Assembly (NCBI GenBank): GCA_951406725.2
Contig: OX597830.1
Span: forward strand, 53,258,001 to 53,322,000
Source: Octopus vulgaris
Lineage: Eukaryota
Direction of reading: 5' to 3'
DNA length: 64,000 nt
Numbering within the stretch: position 1 is the stretch's first letter; every line of letters starts with the position of its first letter. A model generated the notes under the pieces. The model saw only the letters and a program-made list of their open reading frames with translations. It was not told the origin of the DNA and did no database searches. The translations under genes and the position numbers were made by a program. Positions 41,069-54,400 of the stretch are shown here, piece by piece.

Positions 41069-44000
41069 TATAATACTTGATATACATATATATATCATAC
41101 TTAATATACAAACACCATTGATAGGTCAATTACTACAGGATTCATCCTGAGATAACATCTTATGGAAGTGCTCATAGGAACTGGTGTATCAACAGTGTAT
41201 ATACATTAAGTATGATACGAACATAGCTATTTTAATTTAATACTGCCTCAACTGCATTTGCCAGACTTTTATTTAGCCAGGTGAATATTTACAACACCAG
41301 TGAATGTTTTATTCACTCTTTCCTATATAGGAGGTAATAAATTCTTGTTCAATTATGTGGGCAATCAGTGAAAAGGCCCCAAAAAGACTGAAATGCATTT
41401 GGCATTCTTGTTAGCTGCTCCTGGGTGAAGCTATTGTCTCCTTTCAATACATGTTTTTAACACATGTCCATGCAAGTTGTAATCTCAGAGCAAACACCAC
41501 AGTAACTGGCCTATAAATGATGTATATTAAGTATTGTACATAAATGGCTGTTTTAATTTAATACTGTCTCAATTGTTTATAAGATTTTTAATTAACATTT
41601 ATTAATATATTTTATGCAAACAGCATCAAAAAGTTAATCAGAAATAATTGTGCAGTCAGATAAAAAGAGCAACATTAATCAATGACTAATTATATATAAT
41701 TACATAATTACATAACATTTTATATGAAAATAAAAAAAATACTCATTTTAAATATACGAGATCTGATCAATAAGTATCCGGACTGTTGTCATAGTAACAA
41801 AGCTAAAGCAGAGTGAAGCCACTTGGCACAGATTAATGCTCACTAAGTTTAACATTCTAGCTCACTTCTGCTGTTTACAGCAGAGCTTGGAAGGAAGGTG
41901 TGTAGCATGTGATCGTTACATTGACTATGATAGAGAAAGTTGTCATGGCGATACCTGCTCAGAGGCCTATGCAAAATGCAGAAAGTGTATGGAAAGGAGT
42001 GTATGGGTTGCACACAAGCATATGAGTGGTTCAGAGGTTCCCAAGATGACTGAAAAAAATGTTGATATTGACGAACATTCTTGGAGACCTGCAACCATCA
42101 GAACTGAGAAAAACATCTCAGCTGTGAGGGGAAATTGTTGAATCATCATCCGTGAGTTATCAGAGGATGTGCAGATTAGTTATGGTTCAGTTCAGTCCAT
42201 TATCACTGAAGGTTTGGGTATGAGATGAGTGTCTGCCAAGTTTGTGCCAAAACTGCTTTCAGCTGAACAAAAAGACACTCGGGTTTCAGCTGTACAAGAT
42301 CTCGATTGTGTTGAGAACAATGAAAACGTTTTGAAAACTTTGCTTAGGACTGAGCAGGTATCACCAATGAATGAGAAGAAGAATAAGAACAGATTGGTTG
42401 TAGAGAAGATTTCTGACTATGCCACATTATATATGGGTGGGTAGGAGTCAATGAGGTGAAGCTGGAAAGAGATAAAGGTGTGATGATGAGATCTAGAGTG
42501 TATCTTCAATGTCAAAGAAGGTGAATAGCAGACAGTATGAAGACAAACAGTCAGAAGGGGTAGGTAAATATTGCAAGGGTGTGAGGGCAGAGTGAAAGAT
42601 GGTTAGAAATTGGTTGTCTTCCTCCCGCCATATACTCAGGCAGCCTTTACACACCCACCTGATCTCCTTTCTCCAATATGTAAATACATCATCATCATCA
42701 TCGTTTAACGTCTGTTCTCCATGCTAGCATGGGTTGGACGGTTCAACTGGGGTCTGGGAAGCCAGAAGGCTGCACCAGGCCCAGTCTGATTTGGCAGAGT
42801 TTCTACAGCTGGATGCCCTTCCTAATACCAACCACTTCATGAGTGTAGTGGGTGCATGAAGCTTCCTATCTCTGACATGTGAGCATGCACACAACAGCCA
42901 AACACCATGTTGCTGGAGCTATTAAAGCACACAGTTCTATACAAGGATATATATATATATATCACAAGATTCACTAGAAAGGACTTAAAGGAAAAGGAAA
43001 CAATATGAATAATATCTTCAGTAAACAAATGTGGTGGCTAATATAATCTAGTCTTTGTGAACAGGAAGTTATATAAAATAAAGCGGTTTAGGAGGATGTG
43101 GTGGGAGTAAGAAAAAGAAACACTACAGAACAGTCAGACAGGAAAATATCTGCTTTAAAAGACCGACCAAGAAAATAGCCTGTTTACAAATCAAGAAGCC
43201 TTATTGTGGTCACTTGACCCGCTAGAAACAGCAGCCAAATTATCTCCCTCAACTTACACTACTTTATATACTGAATGTTGTCTCGGGTCCACACAAAGAC
43301 AAGATGGTCAATGTCTAAACGTCTTTTACTGTAGACCTGCTCATTCAGGCCCGACTGCATAATAACAATCCGTGTTGCCTTTTTTGGGCTCTGAAAAGGG
43401 AAAAGCTCACAAAAACTAGTAGACTGGTTTCCTATACATGCATGTTCATGTAGTTAAGAAGCTTGCATTTCAACCATGGGGTTAACAATTGGAATGATGG
43501 GTTGTTAAAACAATCCATCTCAAATGAAGCCTCAGCAACAGGCATCAAATAGTGTGATGATGATGATGATCACAAATATCTCATCATCTCTGTCAATATC
43601 AACTTGTACCATTTACAGCTCTGCCTAGGGTTATTTGAAACACATATTATATCATGTATATTGTGAACAGTGGTGGCTCATAGATGAAATTAGTAGGGGT
43701 GCTGCTTCAGAAATTTTTAGACATTGTTTTAATATTGTGTAAAAGGAAACAAACATAAAAAGAAAATTTATACATAAACCTGATCGGTTCATGTTTTAGC
43801 CACTGCCAGGTTGTGTGTTTAATTTGTTCACTGAACACTGCCGCGAAGTCCCCCTTGTTTTTCAAAAATTCCCCCTAAATCACAAAATAAGGGGGGAAAA
43901 TATGCCCTAATTTTCAAATCCTGGCAGCAATAGGAATCAGAAATAACCAATAACTGTGGTTTAGTCACATGACAACCTGAATGGAAGAGACTATAATTAA

Positions 44001-47000
44001 AGACCGCCTAGCCATGTCCAAGTAATTTTTCGTGTACCTACGACTTCACTGTGTCCTTCCTTTAGTCATAAAATCACCCTCAAACCATATTCTACTAACA
44101 ATATAGAGACTCTCTTGTTGGCTGAGAAACAATTGTGTTGTAATATACTATGATGCATTGTACTATACGGTAATGTATTATAGCATAATGTACTGTATAC
44201 TATAATGCATTTTAGTATATTATGACATATTGTAATATACACTGGCACATGAACGAAATTTGCTTGGGGGGTGCAAACTCAGGTCCAAAAATGTTTACAA
44301 ACAAGGTCTTTTTTTTTTATTTTTGTTCTTTGAGAAACCTAACTCCAAGCTACTTTTTACAAACCACTTTTTACTCACTGTTTTCTAAACCCGAGAAAAG
44401 TAAACAGGGGTGCAAATTTTGATTTAGCACCCCACAAAAATTCTATGAGCTGTGCTTGCACCCCCTGTTATCAGGCCTATGGTAATATATTATAATTTAT
44501 TAAGGTGGCAAGCTATCAAAATGCTTAGCAGCATTTTGTCTGTCTGTCTGTTCAAAGTTCAAATTCTGCTGAAGTTGACTTTGCCTTTCATTCTTTTGGG
44601 GTCAATAAAATAAGTATCAGTTGGACATTGGTAACAATGTAATCAACTTACCCACTCTCACAAAATTGTTGGCCTTGTGCCAAAATTTGAAAAAAATATA
44701 TTATGTGTTATACTATATCAGAATGTATTATAACAGATTACAATGTATTATAGTATATTGTAATGCATTGTATTTTATTGCAATCTACTGTAGTATATTA
44801 TAAAAGGACCAAGAGAGAAAGGAAGGGCAATAAGTTGATCCTCTCAGAGAAAGAGTACCTTCAAATATCATCAAACCGGCACAGGAAGTTGAACTTCCAA
44901 GAGAACACAAAAGCTGAGGTATCTAGCAAATATGGAGACAGAAGCCTAAATAAGGATTTCACCACAGCAAGTATGACTTGAGAGACAGCAAAGAGAATGA
45001 GGAGGGTTAGTAGAATTAAGTGTGAGGAAGAAACATTGTGTCCCATATGTTTCACAGGATCTTATTTTTTTATATTTTACTTGTTTTAGTCACTGGACTG
45101 AGGCCATAATAGAGCACTGCCTTGAAAGGTTTAGTCAAAACAAGCCCAGTGCATAATTTTTTTTAAAGCCTGGTACTTAATCTATCAGTCTCTTTTGCCA
45201 AAGTGCTAATTCAGAGGAATGTAAACAAACCAACACTGATTGTCAAGCAGTTGGGTGAGGGACAAACAGATACATACATAATAATACACAAACACACACA
45301 TAGATATTACAATGGGTTTTTCTCCATTTTTGTCTATAGAATCCATTCAAGGTTTTGGTTGGCCTGGGCTCATATTAGAAGGCACTTGCCCAAGGACTGA
45401 ACCTGGAACCATGTGGTTAGGAAGCAAACTTCTTACCACACAGCCACATCAATGTTGAAAATATTAATAGTTATGATAGAGAATAAGCAGTTAAGTAAAG
45501 ATAATTTTAAGAGAAAAACACAAAACAAAACACAAAATATTTGGAAATCTAAATTATAAATTTTGGTTGGAAGTTTTAAAATCAAACAGCTATTATCTCA
45601 TTTGAATCAGTTTAAAAAAAATACTGTATATATGTTGAATCCTTAAGTTTCATAAAAAAATATTAGGGGTTAGATAATACAAAACACATAATAGAAACAC
45701 ACCAAAACACAAGCAAACACACACTGGTCAATAAAAACAACACACATAAGCTATATATATATATGTATGTAAGCATCAAGAAGCGGACAGTTATAACAAG
45801 AAAGCACGCAAAAAAATATAAAAAACTTCTGCTGTAATAATAATAAATAATAATAATAATAATAATGATAATAATAATAAAAGAGTATAAAAAGTGGCTT
45901 ACATTCTCCTGACCTCTTGATGCCTTCTGTATGAGCAGATAGATAGAGAAGGGGATTAAGGGTCAGATTTAGGACATTTGTGGTAGTAAATGCAAACAAA
46001 AAGTAGTTCAGTGTTTATGTGCGTGTGTGTGTGTGTGCGTGTGCATATATATATAGAGAACCAGAAGTATGGTAGAGGTAAGACAATGACCATCAATGAC
46101 TTGGTTAATGACACAACCACACACACACACACACACAAAAGCCAAACAAAGGATGAATATATTAAAACCAACTGCTGACACTGTTGCCATTAGCAACCAG
46201 CACAAGTTATAATCAGAAGCTGAAGAGGATTAAAAGAAAACAACTAGAGCACCACCACTTGCACCAGCAGCATGAGTGACAGATTTGAAATCAATATTTT
46301 ATTAACCCCTAATTGTGAGAAGTTAGACATGACTATGACACACAATCATTCCTTTCCATTGAGCAGCCATGGTTGTGGGGGTTAAGATGTTTAATTCATA
46401 ACCAATGGCTTCTGTGTTCCGTTCCAGTGCACAGCATCATGGATGTCTTTTACCATAGCCATGAGTTGACCATGACTTTGTGAATGGCAAACAGCTGGTG
46501 GAAACTGCAGAAGCTCAATAGACACACACAAACACAGCATGGTTAAGAGGTTAACTTCTCAATCTCATAGTTTTAGGTTCAAACCCACTCAGTGACACTT
46601 TGGGCAAGTATCTTCTACAACAAATATCCATGTTCCATGCTGGTATGGGTTGGACCATTTGCCAAGATCCAACAAGTTCAATGACTGCATAGTGCTCCAC
46701 TGTCTGCTTTGGGAGGATTTCTACTGCCCTTCCTAGTGCTAACCACTTTACAGTGTGTAATGGGTGCCTTCTTTGTGCTACCAGCAAAAGTAAAGTCACT
46801 ATGCAGTCTGAAAAATTACAAACCCCAAAGAGAAGTGACATTATGCCAGGAGATGAAAGGTTACAGTTTGAGAGAAAGGGCCAAAGCAGAACAGAATCTT
46901 GCTGTAGGGGAGCTACGTGACTACTCACATTTTAGAAAGAGAGTGGTGGTGATCAGGGTAGAGCAGGAAAGAAATAAAATAGTGGTCACGAGATGTGCAT

Positions 47001-48441
47001 ATGACCCTCAAGGTATGAGATGAATAGAAGTTAATGGAGGAAGAAGAATCAGGAGAGTGGGTGGGTGGGTGGTGGTTGCAAGAGAGAGTGAGAGATGGAG
47101 AATGAGTGAGGAGAGTAAAGATAAAGAATGCTGAGTGCATGGGTAAGGAAGAGTAGAAGACAACTATAGAGATTGGATAGGGTTGAGGGGAAGGTAGATA
47201 TAATGAATGGTGGGAAGTGACCAATGATGCATGGGGTTGAAGAGTAGCAGAATGATAATGATGATGATACAGTATAGAGGGGAAGGGTGAGAAGGAGAGA
47301 GAGAGAAAGATGATGAGTGGTTGGATAGATTGTGAAAGTGTGGGGGAAGGAGAGAGAAGTAAGCATAGTGCATGGTGATAGATAGATAGATAGATAGTAG
47401 AGAGAGAGAGAGATGGTGGTGGAGAAGACGAAATGATTTGGCAGCTTGAGGAGACACAGCAAAGTGTTGATAGAAAGGGCAGTATTGGTTTCAAATTTTG
47501 GCACAAGGCCAGCAATTTCAGGGAAGGGTATAAGTCAATTACCTCGATCCCAGAGTCCCACGGGTACTTTTATCAACACTGAAAGGATGAAAGATGAAGT
47601 CAACCGTAGCAGAATTTGAACTCAGAAATGTGAAGACAGACGAAATGCTGCAAAGCATTCTGCCTAGTGTGCTAATGATTCTGCCAGCTCGCTGCCTTAT
47701 GAGAGGACGGTATTAAGGGTGACCATTGCTAAAGGTTAGTGGTATCAAGGAAAAATTGCAGTTGGAGAGATGAAAGGTGGTGGGAGTGTCTTGAGGTAGG
47801 AAATTTGGCAAAGGGCCCTGCTGTACATGCACACACAGTGCTTCTAGTACTGCCAATCGTCTTGGTACGCTGTCATCTCCTCCAATAGTTTAAATATGTG
47901 TCTGTGTATGTTTATATCTTTTGTTGTATACTAGTGAAGAATACAAGCATCAATGAAAAACTAGGGCTCTTCAAACTGTTCACAAACACTCCTCCCTTAA
48001 TTAACTGTCATAAATACACTGAACCAAAGATTGGCTTGATGTAAACTAGTAACTAACAATAACACAATTGTGATATAAAATTATAAAACAGAGTGAAGAA
48101 CTTGTAGGGTTTGAGATCTCTTTGGTCCTGTCTGGCAGAGAGCTATTCAATCTCTAGTGTTGCTGCTATGGGAAAATGCACCCAGTACACATGGCAGAAC
48201 TGTTGGTGATAGGAAGGGAACCAAGTTATAGAAACCTAGCCAGAATATGTATGAACACATGTATAAGGGAACAGCAGCTCCCCATAAGAAATAACATGAA
48301 CTGTAACAACGCCTCCAACTCATGCCAGCATGGAAAATAGACATAAAATGATGAGGAGATTAATAAATTTTCTTACGGATGATCTTGTTAAATATCAGAC
48401 CAAATCCAGTCATGTTTAAACTATTTCTCTCTCTGTCTCTC

Positions 48442-48497
<56 letters not shown>

Positions 48498-51400
48498 CTA
48501 TTATGTTAAACTGTCGTATGTCCAAATTTAGCCAAATGTTTTTTGTTTTTTTTTTCAATATTTAATTTTGCTTGCAATAGCCAGTTCTTTGGTCAAACTA
48601 TCATATCTCACCAGCTGCTTCAGATGAAAATTGTGAAAGTGAAGTACAATGGTATAGCATTTTTCAAAAGTAGCAAACCCCCACATATGACACTTTTGCA
48701 AAAATATTTCTGACTGAAAACATCATACATGCATGGTAATTATGATTTTATGCATTATTGTTAGGCCGAAACTGTTGCTAAAGTAAAAAGAAGTGGAATG
48801 GTGAAACTATTTTTTCATTTTCTGAAAAAGCAACATTTTGGACTTACGGTACTTTTGCTTAGTAGCAACATATATATATATATAATAATTTGAGTGAATA
48901 TTATTCCTAACTTACAGGGAAAAATTCAATTTAGAAATACTAAATCAAATTTCACAAAATATAATATATATATACGAGAAAAATTAGAAAAACCACCTTT
49001 TATCAATTCAAAATGAACAATTAAATTACACCATCTAGAAAATTACATATAATAGAAAAATTAAACATAAAATAACAATAATATATCGATGATTAAGCAA
49101 AATAATAAATAAAACGTATATATTTGGTGGTTTTTCTAACTTATATATATATATATATATATATGACTGACTCGACAATGGACTGTGAACTGACCAGTCC
49201 CACAATGTACAGTGTGAGGTGACCAACCTTGCAATAATACATGTTAAGAAGATAGGAAAACATTTTAATAAATTACAATAACAAACTGAGAGAGTGAGTG
49301 CAATGTGTCCAAGCTATGAGAGAAGAGAAAGTTAAGTCTATCGTCCAATTCACACTTCACAGCATAATTTCTGGAGTCCAGAATATGGAAACTTCAGTTA
49401 AACAGCCAAGAGGTGAATAGTCTATTGAGTCTACATTTGATTCTATACCCACAACATACACAGATGGCTCAATCTAACTTGTCAATAGAAACATCTTGCT
49501 GTAAACAGTGGGAGCACTGTTAGTGTAGCTTTATCTAGTGTCTCCCTCCCACATCCCTTTTTCAAAATAGTAGTGTCATCAACGAAAATTTGGCTGCTAT
49601 TTCTAACAGGTTATAGAGACTTGTTGATTATAATGAGGATAGTTGTAGGCTGTCAGAGAGAGAGAGAGAGAGGATTATTATTTTAGAGGAGAAAAATTCT
49701 TCCAACCTAACAATTCTGAGAATAAAGGAATCAAATGGAGACACCAAACGAGCCCCAACAGAGTCAATCGGAGACAGGCCAGGTCTATAGTAAAATATTA
49801 AGTAGAAAACATTTTGTTGTTCCATCCACTTGGTTGCAATGATTGACATCTCAATTATATTTTCATTTAGGTAATCAGTCCTGCACTGGAGTTATTCTGA
49901 AGCCGACTATACCCTTCTCTTCCAATTTTGTTGCCTTAGTCCTATATTTTAAAACAATTATTTGCTTTATATTTCAACATTGTCATAATACTACTTTAGA
50001 AAATTCAATACTAGTTAGTGAAGAATTGTCTAACAGACATTATTGCTATGAAGAAAGAAGAGAATTCAAAGTCTTATTGTTGTTATTATTAAGGTAGTGA
50101 GCAGGCACAATTGTTAGCATGTCAGGCATTCTGAGTTCAAATTCTGCAGAGGTTGACTTTGCCTTTCATCCTTTTGGAGTTGATAGAATAGGTTCCAGCT
50201 GAGTAATGAGGTTGATGTAATATGACTTACCCACTCCCCTGAACTTACTGGCCTTGTGCCAAGATTTGAAACAACAACAACAATAAATATTCTTTCTCAC
50301 AACTGTAAGAATGTCTAACCAGTTGTGGCCCGATAGTCTTAAATTTACAGTATTGGTTCCAGTTCTTTGTACTCTGAATTCAGTTTCTGCCATGGTTCAC
50401 TGGGCTCATAGACTTAGCTAGTCACTTGGTTTAATACTATCACCTGGCTCCTAGGGTGCCTTTACCAGATTCCACTCTTTACCAGATTTCTGGCTCAAAG
50501 TTAACTTCCTTCCTACCAATGCCACTATCCCACCTATCTCAGAGACCTAGTAAAGGGTCATGGCACTGCCTTTCCTTCTGATTAACAGATTAGCAAGATA
50601 AAAGAAGGGGTACAAGGTTTGAAATTTGGGAGAGCCAGGGTACTCAATCTGACTCCAGTAGTTAACTGCTACAATATTTCATTGACCTCAGAAGGATTTG
50701 AACTTGGTATAACAATATTACTGAGGCTTTCTAACTTAGCACAAAGGTTGATTAAATTGTCCTCTATACTTGGTTAGTGCTTATTATGTCCTTTTTGGAT
50801 GAGTAAAGAGCAAAGTTGACTCTGAAACCCCAGAATAATAACTATTCCTCAGATGATACAAGAGCCACAAATTTGGTAGTGGTGTGGAGGGGGAAGTAAC
50901 ACAATAGATTAAATCAACACCAGCACATTGTCTAATATTTATTTTATCAACCAAATGTACTCTAAAACCAGTTGGAAGTTGGGAAAGGTACCCAACCATA
51001 GAAATGCTGCAATAGCATAAATGTACAAATCTAGTCATTCTACCAATCTACCACCACCACAGTAAACACTATTAGGTATTTTGTTCAGCAATCAGAGAAT
51101 TCTACTAATTTTCTACAGGAATGGAGTGGTGAGGGTGAGAGGGAGAGAGAGAGTTGATTGCAATAACCTACCTAGTACACTACTTGTATTTTATCAAAGC
51201 CAGGGGAATGAAACAGAAAAAATGATAACTGAACTCAGAATCTTGAATTAGAAGAGTAAATATAGTAAAGCATTAGTAAATTTAATTAACTCCACAAGTT
51301 GACCAGTACTTTATTTTATTGACCACAGGAGACATAGCTGACCCTAGCAGAATTCGAACTCAGAATGTAAAGAGTCATGACTAACTACAGCAGGGCTCAA

Positions 51401-54400
51401 CCAATTCTGCCAGGGCAAGGGAAGTCATGTGTTCACCTCTTCAGCAAGACACCTGTTCTTGACCATCTATCAAACTTTCACATCCTTCAATACTATGACC
51501 CACTCAGTTGAAGGGGTCTTGTCATGCAAGTACTTAGTGACCTCACTATGAGAGAAAAAAAGCACCCAGTGCACTCATCATCATCATTTAACGCCCGCTT
51601 TCCATCATGCTGGTATGGGTTGGATGGTTTGACTGAAAATTGGTAAGTGGGGGTGGGGGCTGCACCAGGTTCCGATCTGATCTGGCAAGACCTCTACAGC
51701 TGGATGCCCTTCCTAAGGTCAACCACTCTGAGTGTAGTGGGTGTTTCTTTGTGCACAACCAGTACAGGTGCCATTGACCTGACACTGGCATCAACCACAA
51801 CTATGGTCTCACTTGGCTTGACAGGTCTACACAAGCGCAGTATATCACCAAAGGTCTTGGTCACCTGTCACTGCTTCCATGTGGTCTAATGCCTGACCAG
51901 TGCTTTTTACATGCCACTGGCATGGGTGCCAGTCAGTTGGCACTGTTATCAGCGATGACTACTATTTCACTCAGTTCAACAGGTCTTCACGAGCACAGCA
52001 TATTGCCAAACAACTGAAGGGTGCTTTTAGCAGGCCAGCTGCACGACATTGGCATCAGCCATGATTACAATCTCACTTGGCTTGATGTTACTGCCTCCAT
52101 AAAGCTCAACCCCGGAATGGTGCTTTTTACGTGCCACTGGCACAGGTGCCAGTCAGACGGCACTGGCATTGGCCATGACTACAATTTCACTCAGTTCGAC
52201 AGGTCTTCACAAGCACAGCATATCACCCAACGATTGAAGGGCGTTTTTATAAGGGACATTGACATTGGCTCCAACAATGTAATTGGCATTCAGCAGTAGA
52301 AACTATTCCAAAGCAGACACTGGAGTTTGATGCAGCCCTCTGGCTCAAGGTTTCTGTTGAATCACTCAACCCATACCAGCATGGAAAATGGAAGTTAAAT
52401 GGTGATGATAAAACCCTAGGAGTGGGAACAATAGATCAAACAATAAATGAGGGGAGTTGATCTCCCGTGTAACAAATGAAACCAAACAAAATATTTCGTC
52501 TGCTGTTCCATTAATTCTCAGCTTTAATTATGGTAATTATGATAGTGGTGGTAGTAATAGAAACATTATGTTGTTGAAGACTGAGTCTTTAGATCGGTAT
52601 GATGTGCAACAATCCAATCTAAATACAAATTAATCTGTTTCAATGTAATCAAACCCACAACAACCTTTTTTCAGTTATTGTTAAAGTATAAATAATTTGA
52701 TCCCATGTGTATTGTAAATAAATATAACAGAATATTCAACACAAGTGCTGCTGTTGTTTACCTGCGACTGCTTGGACAGTGAACTGGCTAAATATTCAGA
52801 AGGCAGAGAGTCTGTATCAGATGCGGTCTTCTTATCTCTGCAATGAATAAAGAGAATGAATCTATCAGAGGTGGCTACATACAAACAGAACAGTAGTAAA
52901 AAAAAAAAATAAGGGAAATAATTTGAAGAGGTAAAAAGGTATAAATTTGGACAAATGAGTCAGTACTGTGTATCATATGTAAAATATTTTCAGCTAAAAT
53001 TTACCATTTAGTTGGAGAAAAAAAAAATTAATGGCAATTGAAAACTACAGTCCTAAAAGAGGAGATAATTTTTTTAAAAACATTAATCAATTTCTCAGTT
53101 ATTTTATACATGTTATGGTCCCTTGAGGACAAAAAAAAAAACTTCTCTAAGGCTGGTGCCACAAAAAAAAAAAAAAAAAAAAAAGCATCTAGTATACTTC
53201 ATAAAACATTGTTAGGAAGGAGCATCTAGCCACAGAAACCAAGGCAAAAATGAAATGAATGAGATGAAATCACCTGAGTCATCCAGGTGAGCAGTACGCA
53301 TGAATATGTGCTGACTTCCATCATGATGACAACTCATCAAACCCATGCCAGCATGGGAAATAGATGTATAATAACTATGATATTGGGAAAGTCTGAACAT
53401 TGTTTGAAGGCAAGGGATAATTAAGGAAATGCCTCAGTCTATTAGGTTTCATCAGCACAGTATATACTTCATAATGTATAAACTATAGCATATAATTACT
53501 TCAAAACTGCTCAATCAGTTGACAAATATCCTTATATAAAATATTTTTTTATGAGAATAATTTGCATAATTAAAACATGAGCCAGGTGAAATTATTCAAA
53601 GGACATAATGGCATGGATAAGTTAAAGAGTGATGCATTTAATGCAATGTGCAAATATTTTAATTATAATACCTTTCTTGTTAGTGATCTCTAAACAAACT
53701 GGGAAATAATTTCAAGGAATTAGGAATTAATCCCTCAAAGTTCAATTATACAAACTTAGAGGAAGGAAAGTATGAGCCTTGTTTGCTGGCAAGGATGACA
53801 ATTATGAAAAATTTCACTGTAAAACAGAGTGAATTGCTCAAGGACAAAATGTACCACCCAATGTAAAAATCAAACCCACAACCTATCAATTCTAAGCCCA
53901 ATACCTCAAGCGTTGGGTCACACATCCTCATTTGCAGGACAAACAACAGTAAATATAGCCAAGAGTTTATTAACTAATTTATAAAACAGTTCTTGACTGA
54001 CTGACACAGAATCAGTACAATGCACAAAATATTAAAATGTAATACATAAAATATAAAATAGACAACATTTACAACTGAACCAGTAGTTGGTAGATATAGC
54101 ACATGCACACAATTACCACCATCATCATCTTAACATCCACTTTTCCATGCTTGAATAGTTAAAACAGAATTCTTTGAGGCAGATTCTCTACAGCTGGATA
54201 TCTTTTCTATCATCAACCATCATCTATTTCAAAGCAAAGTAATGACCAGGCATGCTTTCTTTGTAAGACTGGAAACAAAGATTACTTGTACAGGATGGGC
54301 CAAAAGTCACAGAGAGGTTGCAATATTTAATAACTTTTTGAAAATTAATTTCTATTTTCTTAAAAATTTCATATAAAAGACTTTGAAGATTAACCATGGA

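Noticed and set aside
46925-47515. 196-aa S/L/P/H-rich ORF
   Set aside because: Low-complexity purine/pyrimidine-skewed sequence running out of a SINE.
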